Below, one piece after another: positions 32,760 through 43,882 of a stretch of 64,000 nucleotides of DNA. The first letter of the stretch is position 1; every line of letters begins with the position of its first letter. The position numbers were made by a program, and so were the translations under genes. The notes under the pieces were generated by a model that was not told where the DNA came from, ran no database searches, and saw only the letters and a list, made by a program, of their open reading frames with translations. The DNA lies in assembly GCA_025594325.1 (NCBI GenBank), contig JANHCV010000001.1, positions 1,922,001-1,986,000 of the forward strand. Reading direction: 5' to 3'. Origin of the DNA: Blastocladiella emersonii ATCC 22665 (taxonomy: Eukaryota > Fungi > Blastocladiomycota).

Positions 32760-34230
32760 AATCTGATGGTGGTCAGCTACGATGTTGAGGTTCGTGCCCT
32801 CGCCGCTCTTGATCCACTTGACAAATTGTAGCTGCGATTGATGATGAACGGCCAGCGCTTGCAGTTAACTGACTATGGTCGCGTCCTCGAGCGAGACGCA
32901 ACCCGTCGGCAGGCCCTTGTTGTTCCACTGCGCGATCCCGGCGCTATTGGTGAGGATGTCGAGCAGGTCGATGTTCTCGGACATGGGCAGGCCCGTGGTC
33001 GGGTCCTTGAGGTACAACATCCACTTCTCCTCAATGAGCTCGGTGCGGTACCGCTTGCTGAAGGGCCCTGCGCTTGGGCTTGACGTCACAGTACACGTGG
33101 TAGTAACTGACGACGTTCACGACCCACGAACAGTGACCGGCAGCAATCGGCTTGGACTTAATGCATTTCTCGCTGAACTTGTTGTTCTTGAGGTACGGCT
33201 TGAGCGTGTCGATGTTTGACTGGTCGATCTTCTCCTTGTTGAAGGTGATGAGCGACTCGAGGAAGGCGTCGACCTTGGCCATCCTGTTCTTGCCGGCCTT
33301 CCACCTGCGGTCCTTAGCGATCTTGCCCGCGGGCGACATGAGGACCATGAGGCGGCCACCGTATCCACGACCTCGGCTGACGGCGAACCGAACGACTTGA
33401 GTCTGGTCAAGTTGGTCTTGCTGAGCGTGTTGAGGGCGTTGGCGGCGGCGGCGAGCGCGGGCTCGGCAGCGCGCAGGTCCTCTTGACACTGGTGCTGCTT
33501 CTACTCGACCTTCTTGGTGAACTCGGCGACCTTGCGCTCCTCGGCGTCGGCAATGCTCTTCTCCTTGTTCACCTTCTCGGTGTCGATGCCAAAGAACTCA
33601 ATGAGCCGCTCGGCCTCCTCGATCTTGGCCTTGAGTTCGCCTGCGTGGCCAGCTTGGCCTTGAGGTCGTCGACCTGGGCGGCCCTAGCTCAGCATGATCT
33701 AGGACGCGATCATCGACGACGTGGACGACGCGAGTCGTTCAAGAGACTGCTTACTGGAACCAGCGTCGCCGACGGGCAGCGCGTTACCGCGCGGCGACTC
33801 GAGGATGCGGCTGATGCGCGAGATGTGAAAGATGGCTCCATCGAACAGCACAAGGTCCATGGCCGCGCTCATCTCGTTGTACTGGTCGAGCGCCCCCTCA
33901 AGAAGCTTCTTGAGCGAGGGCCAGTCCTTGGGCGCCGCAGTACTTGGGCCCGCGATGCGGCAGGCGAAATGCGTGTAGATGAGCGGCTCGGCGAGGATGA
34001 CGTTCTGTTCCTGGTCCTCGAAGTTTTTCTTCGCGAGCTCGCGCTGCATGACCGACAGCGCCTGGTTGTCGACCACGTCAATAACTTGCCTCTGTACACG
34101 CGCTTCGTCTCGTCGATCCACAGGCGCACGGACTCGACGTGCTCTTTGAGAAAGTCCTTTTGCGCGAACAGCTCGTCCAGGAAGATGTTCGACAGGTCGC
34201 GCAGGTTGAAGATGTCGAAAGTTCCTACGT
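32760..34230 (-). pseudogene. Internally deleted, frameshifted fragment of an axonemal (outer-arm beta-type, DNAH9/17-like) dynein heavy chain
   Basis: Collinear pieces: FNLRDLSNIF...VRLWIDETKRVY (end of AAA3), MDLVLFDGAIFHISRISRILESPRGNAL (start of AAA4), EDLRAAEPAL..LNTLSKTNLT.LKSFGSP (stalk CC1), VMVLMSPAGKIAKDRRWK...CSWVVNVV...DVKPKR (MTBD), GPF...WNNKGLP...RWP (AAA5). Stops and frameshifts throughout. Confidence 0.88.
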
Positions 34231-34639
34231 CACTGTGGGAGCAAACGGTTTGATTCGGGTGCTCACTCCTCCAGCAGTCAACTCGCCCCAATTTGAATTG
34301 ATCTGTCAATAATGCGACCTGCAGAATGTGCTTCCCGATCGCAAATTACTGATTTCCAAACCGTGTAGCAACGGCTTCCCGTTCGCTCCATTGCAAGTGT
34401 TGATCATTTTGTGAAGAGCGCAGAACCACGGTCATGGGCCTGAAAATGACAGCTTGAGCCTTGTGCTCGACTTGCGACTCGCGTGGCGGCGTACGAAGCA
34501 CCCAATCGCGTTGCGAGCGGTCAGGTGAAATGAATTACGCGACTCGACTTCGCCCCCTTCCGTTCTCGTGCGCCAATATCGGCAAGGCAGGATCGCCCAG
34601 GAATCCTTGCAACAAAAACCGCGCTACGCGACTGCTGCG

Positions 34640-35410
34640 GCCCGGGGGCACCTCCTTGTCGTGTTCTTCAACCAGCTTGATGAGCAAGACGTGGAACACC
34701 AGGTTGACGAGCGCCATGGTCCGCAGCAGCTCGAGCGCGACGGCCGAATTGCGGATCAGGCGCACGATATTGAGCGGATCGGTTTACTTTTGGCCGAGCT
34801 TGACCTTGGGCACGTCGACGCGCAGGTTCTTGGTGCTCAATAGCACCATGTCGCCGACCTTGTAGTCGGGGCCCTCGTGGCGACGGCGGTCGGCGTGCTT
34901 CTAGTACAGTTGCTTGGCGCGCTGGACATTCTGCTTCAGGTCGGCCTGGATTTCGAAGATGCCCCCGGTGAGCGCCGCGGACAACGAGAATCAATCCGAT
35001 TGCACCGGCGTTGGGGACATGCGCGTGTGGAACCCATAGTTGGTCATGAACGGGGACACGCCCGTCGACTAGTCGACCGAATTGTCTTTGGCTATCTCGC
35101 CTTGCCGGAGCAACTGGCCCCAGTTCGACTACTCCTTGTTGGCGAACATGGGCAGGTACACCTTGGGGGTCTCTGATTCATGCGCTTGGTCTGCGGGTGG
35201 TACGCCGTCATAAGCTTGGCCTTGATCTCGAGCGCGCCGCACATGGCAGACCAGAACCGCGACATGAACTGCAGACAACCCGCGGTCCGAAAGGATGTCG
35301 TCGGGCAGCCCGTGAGGTCGCACCACGTGCTTGAAGAAGGGGTTGGCAGTCATCAAAGCATTCGGTAGCGCGGCGAGTGGGATATGGCCAGTACTTGCTG
35401 CGAGTCGCGT
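34640..35410 (-). mobile_element. Degenerate Ty3/gypsy (Metaviridae) integrase remnant
   Basis: FFKHVVRPHGLPDDILSDRG, AYHPQT, SPFMTNYG, YKVGDMVLLSTKNL and AVALEL...VFHV (GPY/F region). Several in-frame TAG stops. No RT, RNase H or LTR identified. Confidence 0.85.
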
Positions 35411-36524
35411 CGTTCCAGCAAGGTTCCGCCGCCGTGTCACACAAAGACTCGAACGTACCACTGCAAACGATCGGAAACTAGAAACTGGAAACAAGCGCGA
35501 CAACAAGACGACGCAAGGCGCGAATCGCGAGTCGCGAGTCGCGAGTTGCGAGCCTCAAAGCGCGAGACGCGTTGCGATATCACGTGAGGCTGTCTCGCAC
35601 GGCTGCGGCGGGTGCGCTGTCCCCCATTTAGGCGACGGCGCGTCAGCATAAAACAGCCACGGCACAGTCGAGTGGTTAGAGCACGCAGGACCCCGCACCC
35701 TGGAATGGGGCTGCCGCCGCCTGCGCAAGCTTGAAGCCCTTGCTTTTGCTTCGAATCCCGATTACTTTTTGGCCCAGTTGTTTGATGCTTGGTCTGCTCT
35801 GCTATCTAATGCACTGCATGTTGACGTATCCTTCACAAATTTTGTATTGAGGAACACAAACAAATAGCGTCGCGGATGCGTCGAAATATCACGTGCGTAT
35901 GATCCTCACGCGCGCATGTCTCGCGCGGCCGCGCGCCGCGCGTCGCCGTCCCCCATTTAGGCGATGGCGCGCGCCGGAAAACAGCCCCACACTGAGTCGA
36001 GTGAGCTAGGACACGTAGGACCCCGCGCCCTCACAAGGTGCCGCCGCCTGCGCTGCGTCGGAGCGCTTAGCTTTTGCTTCGAATCCCGATTTTGCCCTCC
36101 GGCGTTCATCAATGCTCTTCTCCAAAACCAACGTTTTTTTGACGGGAGAAACTGCATATTCGACGAGTTCTCGATCAGTCGAACAGACCAGCAAACGGCC
36201 TCATAAACGACTACCAGCTCGCTCCGATCCTCCAGAAAAAATGTGAGTCAGGCGTGCGGCTTCAAGTGTCATAGGAATCTGTGCACGCCACTCGCCCCGG
36301 CCCTCGGAGCGAGGAAAACTCGTCCAAAACTCCCTCGCTCATGGCCGGCGCGCAGTGGGTGTGCAGCGGTTCCGTCGCGTGGGTAGGATCAGCTCATGGC
36401 CTGCTATTTGCCGCGACGTGCGGGGCTAGGGCTTTTAGATCCCGAACGAGCACATTTGTACGATTGAGCACCAAGCAACATAGTGTATCACTATATTGAG
36501 CTTCTCTTAAGCAATCAAACAGAT

Positions 36525-37682
36525 TCAGTCAAAGATGCCGCGGACGGCGGTGGGGAGGTAGGGGGCCTCGAGGGCGGCCGTCTTGTCGGCCGTGAGCGTG
36601 ATCGAGAGGGCCGCGACCGCGACCGCGTCCTCGAGGTAAGCGACCTTGGCGATACCGATGATGGGCGCCAACACCTCGGGCTTGGCGAGCACCCACGCGA
36701 GCGCGATCTGCGACGCGGGCACGCCGCGGGCCGCGGCCACCTTGCGCAGCGCAGCGAGAATGCGGTCGTCAGTCGCCGCGACGATGGCCTTGGCGCGGTC
36801 CTCGTCCGACACCTCGGCCGCTTCGGACGACGACGAGGCCTCGGTGACGTGGATGCTATGGTACACGTCCGTCTGTGCGCGCAGCGACGTCGTCGACTTG
36901 CCCTTGTCCGACAGCAGGCCGCCGGCGAGCGGCGACCACGGGATCACGCCGACGCCCATGTCGCGGCACAGCGGCAGCATCTCGCACTCCTCCTCGCGGT
37001 ACGCCAGGTTGACGAGGTTCTGCATGCTGACAAACTTGGTCCACCCGTTGCGCTCGGCCACGGCCTGCGCCTTGGCGAACTGCCACGCGTACATGGACGA
37101 GGCGCCAATGTAGCGCACCTTGCCGGCCTTGACCAGGTCGTGGAGCGCCTCGATGGTCTCCTCGATGGGCGTGTTGCTGTCCCAGTCGTGGATCTGGTAC
37201 AGGTCAATGTAGTCGGTGCCGAGGCGCGCGAGCGAGGCGTCGACGGCCTCGAAAATGTACTTGCGCGAGAGGCCGCGCTTGTTGGCCTGCGCAAAGGCGG
37301 GCAGCTGCGCGAACGCGTACTGGTCGCCCGCGTTCTCGCCGACCTGGAAGTTGACCTTGGTCGCAACCACAATCTCGGTGCGCTTGATCCCGTGCTCGCG
37401 CATGAAGTCGCCGAGGATTTTTTTCCGAAGCTCCATTCGAATACACGTCGGAGGTGTCAAAGAAGTTGATGCCGGCGTCCCAGGCGGCCTTGAGCAGCGG
37501 CAGCGAGCGGTCGGCGTCAAGCACCCACGGCTGCCACTCGGGCGAGCCGTACGACATCATGCCAAGGCAGATGCGCGACACCTGGAGGCCGGACTTGCCG
37601 AGGCGAGGCGCGCGTAGTGCATCCTGTGCGCGTTGGCGCGAGTGTTGCTGGTCGAGGCGGCGGCAGTAGTGGTGGTCGACAT
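36525..37682 (-). pseudogene. Aldo-keto reductase, copy 2, with the same two frameshifts
   Basis: Mirror of 30406-31563. T7 at ~37418-37424 and the duplicated cgagg at ~37600-37610 are both present. Confidence 0.85.
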
Positions 37683-38247
37683 GGTTTTTGCGGGTTTAGT
37701 TGAGCGGGCCTTGTTGCTATTGGTTGTTGTTGCTGTTCGGTGAGTGACGGTAGCCCGCGGTTTTTATAGGAGCACGGTGATGGGCGAGCTGATCAGCGAG
37801 GCAGCCCGGCGGGCGACGAAAAGTGCGCTCCGTCGGTGTGGCGCAGCGCGTCTCAGCAGCGTTCCGTCGGAGCGCTCAGTGTGGCGCAGCGCGTTTCAAC
37901 GCTCCGCCGGAGCGCTCGTCCACCGCCGCCGGCGCGTCTCTCGTCGTGTGCGAGCCTGCGCTCGTGATCCTCGAGCTTTCTTCAATGAGTCTACTTTGCG
38001 CTCGCGAGAAAAGCAACGGACAAATGCTCGATCAAAAGACCATATTCAACCGCATCTTCGCGTGCGCGGGAGCACGACGAGTTCCTCGACTAGAACTGAG
38101 TGAGGAGAACACGCACAAGGCGCGCTCGAGAGACAGGAAGTAGACGAACAAGTGATTGATGATCAAAAATGTGGAATCCCATCTATAGAACAATGTGGAA
38201 ACAAAAGGGGGGGGGGGGGGGAGGGAGACAGCAACCACCGCGCCCGT

Positions 38248-40774
38248 TTAGGACTCGATGTGGCACCAGTCACCGTAGCCGCAGTACGTCTGCTCCTCGG
38301 TGTCGACGCAGTTGAGGAACCACGCGGGGAACGTGATGCCCTGGTCCTCGATGACGAGCGTGATGAAGAGCGAGGTGAGGGCCGAGCCGACGTCGAAGGC
38401 CGTGGCCAGGACGTAGTTGTACTTCTTCCACCACGCCGAGCGGTAGCGGTAGACGTAGAACTGGAAGAAGAACGACACGAGGAAGCCGGTGAAGTGGTAG
38501 GCCTGGTTGCCCGAGGGACCCTGGGGCTGGAGCAGGATGGGCGCGTAGATGAGCTGCCACGGGATCGGGCCGCCGACGAACAGGTAGCACAGGCGGAGCA
38601 CGATGGGCAGCGAGATGCCGAGGGCGACACCGACGTAGATGACGGGCGCGTACGACGACTCGAAGAAGAAGCGCTTGGGACCGACGGCGCCCCAGATGAG
38701 CGAGGCCGAGTAGTAGGTGTTGAGCGTCTGCGACGTCCACTGGTTGCTGGTCGCGGCCTTGGACCCGAACAGCGTGACCCACTCGCGGTGCGCGGGGTTC
38801 TGCATCCAGAACTTGTACGTGATGTAGCAGAAGAAGACGGCCATGATCTGCGACAGCAGCTGCGACAGGAACACGTGGCGAGGCGGGACCTATTAACGAG
38901 ATCGCGGTCAGTGTAAAGATCTGGTTTTGTCGCACAAGCTGCGCAAGCTGCGCAAGCTGCCACATACCTTCATGTAGTGACCCAGCTTCAGATCCGAGAG
39001 AAGGGTCAGGCACTGGAGCGAGACGGTGACACCGAGGCACTTGAAGGCCATCATGACGATGGGCTGGCCGGGCAGGATGAGGCCGATGAGGAACTGCGAG
39101 ACCACGTTCATGTAGAGCGAGATGCCCGAGGTGGCGAGCACGATGGCGATCGGGACCGTGCCGAAGGCCGACAGGGCGACGGCGAAGAAGGTGGCCCACC
39201 ACGGCGTGTTGAGGCCCGAGAAGTGGCCGACGATGGTGGTCAGGATGCCCGTGAACACGAAGAAGCCGTAGTACCAGGTGTTGGGCACCTCGGGGTACTT
39301 GTCGATGAGCTGGCAGTGGATGTCGTTCTTGTCGGCCTTGCCGCCGGCGCGCCACTGGCGGGCAATGTCCTTGCCGTGCCAGACGATGGTGTTGGTGACC
39401 GACGACGTGAGCGACGCAAAGTGGCCCATGTACGCGAAGGCGAAGAGCGACGTCATGTGGATCGGCTTGACCTTGTCGTACAGCGAGTCGACGACGCGCT
39501 TGGTCTCCTTGTCGACGATCATGTTGCCCTTGAACGACTTGCCGTCCTTCTTGAACAGGCCCGTCGTGTTGAGGGGCAGCGCCGTCTTGGGCTGGTTGAA
39601 CCAGTTGCCCTGCCACGCGAGCGGGGTCACGATCCACAGGAAGATGATGGACGAGATGAGCTGGTTGACGGCGACCCAGAAGGGGACCGACATGGGGCCG
39701 GACCCAATGATCGTCCAGTCGAGCGACAGTGCAGCGATACCGGGGCCCCAGGTGGGCGAGCCGAGCTTCTGCATGATCGAGTCCGAGGGCGAGAAGAAGC
39801 ACAGGAGCGGGATGTAGCGCAGCATGGGCGCGACGAACGAGGGCAGGAACGTGTAGATGGTCATGGCGAGGGTGCCGATGCCGAACATCTTGAGCTGCGA
39901 CCACTCCTGCTTGCCGGCCGAGTCGGCCTTGACCTCGTCCTCGACGGCCGAGTGCAGGTCGCCCTGGTGGAACGCCATGAACATGGCGACCGACGGCAGG
40001 ATCGAGGGCCAGATCATGGCCTTGGGGCGGATGATGAACGAGCGGCACATGCCGGCGATACCGAAGCCGAGCGTGGCCGAGCAGAACAGGAACGCGATGC
40101 CCCAGAAGTGGCCAATGTCGAGGTCGTAGAAGATCTCCTGCACGCCGAGGTTGTCGATACCGTAGATGGACGAGGCGCCGGTCGTGGCGAAGATGTTGAT
40201 CAGGACGTGCTCCTTGACCGAGAAGGGGCCCGGGTTGGTGTCGACCTCGATGCCGAACAGGTTGAACTTGACCGACGGCACCGTCTTGGCCATGAACACA
40301 CCCATGGGGTAGGCGAGCAGGATGGCGACGTAGCTGGACACGGAGAAGGCGACCGAGCGGAACAGGAAGAGCGTGTTGATGGCTACGAGGCGTGACGGGG
40401 CAAATTGTGAGTGACACTGATTGGCGTGCGTGCGCGATGCGAGGCGGCGGTCGTGGTCGTGGTCGTGGTCGAGCGAGCCCGCGCGTGCGTCGTGATCGCG
40501 GCCATGATGCGACCGCGATTCCGCCACCGCAGCGAACGCCGCGCGACCGAGCCAGCAGAACCGACGAGAAAAGAGTGACCGTACCGCCGAGCACAAAGCA
40601 GAAGAAGGTGCCGATGATCCACACGCGCAGCGTGAACGACGGCAGCGACGTGTCGTCGGTCGTGGGCACGACCTTGGAGATCATCTCCTCGAAGTCGGCG
40701 TCCATGACGAGACTCGACTCGCCGCCCTCGACCTCGGCGGCCTTCTCGTTGAGGTGCTTCTCGTCAGCGGTCAT
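38248..40774 (-). CDS. Oligopeptide transporter (OPT family), copy 2, identical translation
   Basis: Mirror image of 27315-29841; exons 40774-40585, 40382-38968, 38889-38248. Confidence 0.95.
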
Positions 40775-43420
40775 GATGGTGATGGTGATGGTGTTGGTGC
40801 TTGGTCGGTGGTGGGCGATGTGCGGTCCGATTCGGGCAGAGGAGCGGGCGACGACGTGGGGGCTGGTTGATGGTGATGGGCCTCGACGACGACGTGTTGC
40901 TCAGCGCTCTAGCTGGATGCACTCTATGCTCGAACAAGACCCGGGGAGCGCGGGGGCGCGGCCGTATTTGAATCGAGGCGTCCGAGACGCGCGAGGGGGG
41001 GGGTCCTAGCGCCATATTCCCCCGCGGCCGCGCACACATCGGGGCTGCTGCAGACGTCACCGTCACTGAGGCACTGCGGCACCGGTGGCGAGCGCGCGCT
41101 GCGGCGGCGGCAGCAGGACACAGGCGCATGGCCCGCTTGCCTCAGTGTGACCATCTCTGGCTGCACATGGTCCCCGCCCCCCGCGACGCCGGTTTACGCC
41201 AGCTGGCGAAGAGGGCCACATGATGGCGTTTGCTTGTGGCGCAAGGGGGGGCTGGCGGCGCCCGCATGGTCGAGAAGATTCTGCCGCTGGCAGCGTGCGT
41301 GAGGCTGCGCTGCACTGCTGTCCGCCCCATATTGGAGCGCGCGCTAGCCACCCCCCCCCCCTCCCCTCCCTCGCCGCGTCTCCGTCTCGGATGTGAGGCG
41401 CCGCCCTCGGACGCCCTCGCCGCCGCCTCGGGTGAAACGGTTCAAGCACTCACTCACTCACTCGCTCGCTCTCGTGAACACAAAGGAGGTCACGCGCGCG
41501 CGCGCTAGCGCGAAGCTGGCGAAGCTGGCGAAGCTGGCGACGCTCGCCGGCGGGCGTCCAATCATAGAGCCTCTGTCACGGCTTGTCACTGTTGCCCTTC
41601 AGTGTCGCGGTGCTGCAGCTGCTGCCGTGCGTCCCGTCGTCCAGGACCCCCTCACAATATGATGGAACGAGCAGAGAAGCCTTCTCGCTCGCTCGCGACG
41701 CGACGACCGCGGCCCGCTCACATGTCGGGCACACTACGCCAGCTGCGTACGCCAGCGGCAACGCCAGCTACGCCAGGGCTGCTTCTTCATCTACGCCAGC
41801 TTGATGCCGGCCGTGATCCACCGACTCGGGACTTTTGTGGGCGCGTGCGCTGGCAGCGAGCGCGAGTCGCGCCCGACGTTGGTCGCACCCGACGTTGGTC
41901 GCACCGTGGCCGTGGCCGTGGCCGTGCGTCGCTGGGACAACGAGATTTCTTCCGGATCTCCCTTGCGCCGCCGTCGCCATCGTGGCGTCGTGATGGGTGG
42001 GTGAGGCGCCGCCTCCGCCTCCGCCTCCGCCTCCCCCTCGGTCCGCCACCGCCATGGCGCAGCGCGAAACTCGCTCCGAGCGTTCGCGGCTGTGACGGAT
42101 CCCCACGGTTCCCGGCTTCCGACTCGGCTCGGATCGTCGACCGACGCGGTGAGGCGAGCGGCGGGCAGGTTGAGTGAGGTTAGGGTTCGTTTCTGGCGGG
42201 TTGGGCTCGACGAGTGGGCGGGTCGGAGCGAGGCAACCGGCGCGCTTCCGCACTCTCGCTTCCGACTCCCGGCTCCGGCACCCAAGGATTTGTTTTCCCG
42301 ACTTTTGCCGGGCCAGCAAGGTGCGCCTCGGCCGCCGCTGCAACCGGCTCTTTCTCTCTCTCGGCATCAAGTGGCGGGATCAGGCTAGATCACGGATTTT
42401 ATGCAACAGTTGTCCTCCACAACGCGTCGCGTCGCGCTCCCTTCACGCGTCCCGCGCTGTTCTCGACGTTCCTTGGCTGCCTGCGGTGCTTGTGCGTGTG
42501 TGCTTGTGTTGCTGCGTGTGCTGCCGCTTCTGTGCTCTTGTGCTCGCAGGACTCGACGGCGAGGGAGCGTCCCATGCCGCCGCTTTGTTTGCTGTGCCCG
42601 CGCCGGCGGCGGTCCCTCGTGGCTCTCCCGCTGGCGTGCTTCTCGTTTGCGTGCGTGCCTGAAAAAGAGTGTGCCCTCGTGGGTCCCCGTCGCCGCCGCT
42701 GCTCTCGCATCGCTTCGCCTTCACTTCACTCGTTGGATCCTCGATGAGTTCGTCGGGTTGAACTCGAGATTCGAGCGAAGGAGAGTCGTGCATGGGCGAT
42801 TTTGGGGGCCGACGGGCGCGGAAGCGTGTGATGGCGACGCTCCACCTCTGTGGTTCAACCCATGGTTCATCTGTGACGGTCTCATCGGGGCACTTTGCGA
42901 GCGGCTTACACGACGTGAACCTCGTGCGGTCCAAGTGAAGTGATCCATCCAGTCGCGGCCGACGCGTTGCGCCACACCGAACCGCGTCTCGCCGACTTTC
43001 GTTGGCCCGCTCCTCAACCGTTGCTGCTCTAAGTCGCTCTCAAGTTTGCTCTCTGCTTTGTTACGTAGGCAGGTAATTGTCCTTGTACTCCCTTCCACGA
43101 GTGAACAGTATCCCTCGCGCGGGACGCAGCGAGAGTAGGACGCGTCCCGCCACAAGGCTCCGAGTCTTTGCCTCTCATCCTCGACCCTCACCATAAAGCT
43201 GGTCGCGACGTTCTTGTTATGGAACTGAAGTGCGCGCCTCAGTCTTGCACACGCATTCGCTCGCTATCCTCGGTCACCGACGCGTCGCGGCGCATGGCGG
43301 CCGCGGTTCCTGTCGACGCACTCGCTTTATCGCACCCTCACCACACGAAAAGCAACTAGATCTTACACACTCTGTATTGCACTCGCTCGTGCCAAACTAC
43401 TCGCATCGACCGAGCTGCGA

Positions 43421-43882
43421 TCACGACGACGGCATCACGCCCGAATCAAACAGGTAGTTGATGGCCTTCTCCGCGTCGAAATCGTACCGCTCCAGCGCCT
43501 GCACCGCCTGCTCCTTGCTGAACCCCATGGCCATGACCGTCACCACCGGATCGCCGCCCGACGTCGGCGACGGCGACCGCGCACCCGTTGGTGAGCGAGT
43601 GCCGCCGCCGTTCAGGGAGCCGGCCGAGGCCGTCGCCGACGTGATCGCCGCCGCCGCCGCGGGACCAGCAGCGGGGTGCGCCGGAGTCGCGGCCGCCGCC
43701 GTCGTCGCGGGGGAACCGCCGCCCATGAGCTGCAGGAACGGGTCGTCCCCGCCACCCACGCCGCTGAACGTCATCGGAGCCGGCGCCGGCTTCGGACTCG
43801 TCGTCGCGGCAGCGGGCATCGCTGGGGAGCTGAACGGGTTAAAGTTGAACGGGTTAAAGTTGTGAGCTGGAGCCGCGGCCAT
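43421..43882 (-). CDS. Truncated EDE1 derivative ORF (153 aa from ATG 43882): NPF-NPF, Pro/Ala linker, UBA; may be a non-expressed fragment
   Basis: Reads MAAAPAHNFNPFNFNPFSSPAM..., then is identical to the last ~127 codons of EDE1 including the UBA and stop. Confidence 0.4.
   Translation of the reverse strand: MAAAPAHNFNPFNFNPFSSPAMPAAATTSPKPAPAPMTFSGVGGGDDPFLQLMGGGSPATTAAAATPAHPAAGPAAAAAITSATASAGSLNGGGTRSPTGARSPSPTSGGDPVVTVMAMGFSKEQAVQALERYDFDAEKAINYLFDSGVMPSS

Larger units (their letters stand above)
35437..43803. repeat. Right arm of the large inverted repeat (8367 bp); degenerate homology continues to ~43845 and weakly to ~43930
   Basis: Reverse complement of 24286-32651. The only difference seen is C14 (29868-29881) versus G15 (38207-38221). 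Confidence 0.97.

Noticed and set aside
35435-35445. TGTCAC at the right inner boundary as an LTR start
   Set aside because: It lies on the wrong side and strand relative to the integrase remnant, and no matching second LTR, PBS or properly placed PPT was found.
24286-43803. Palindrome as an autonomous transposon (Starship, Polinton, MULE) with giant TIRs
   Set aside because: No transposase, tyrosine recombinase or polymerase is present. The left arm starts inside the intact EDE1 coding sequence, and no target-site duplication is seen.
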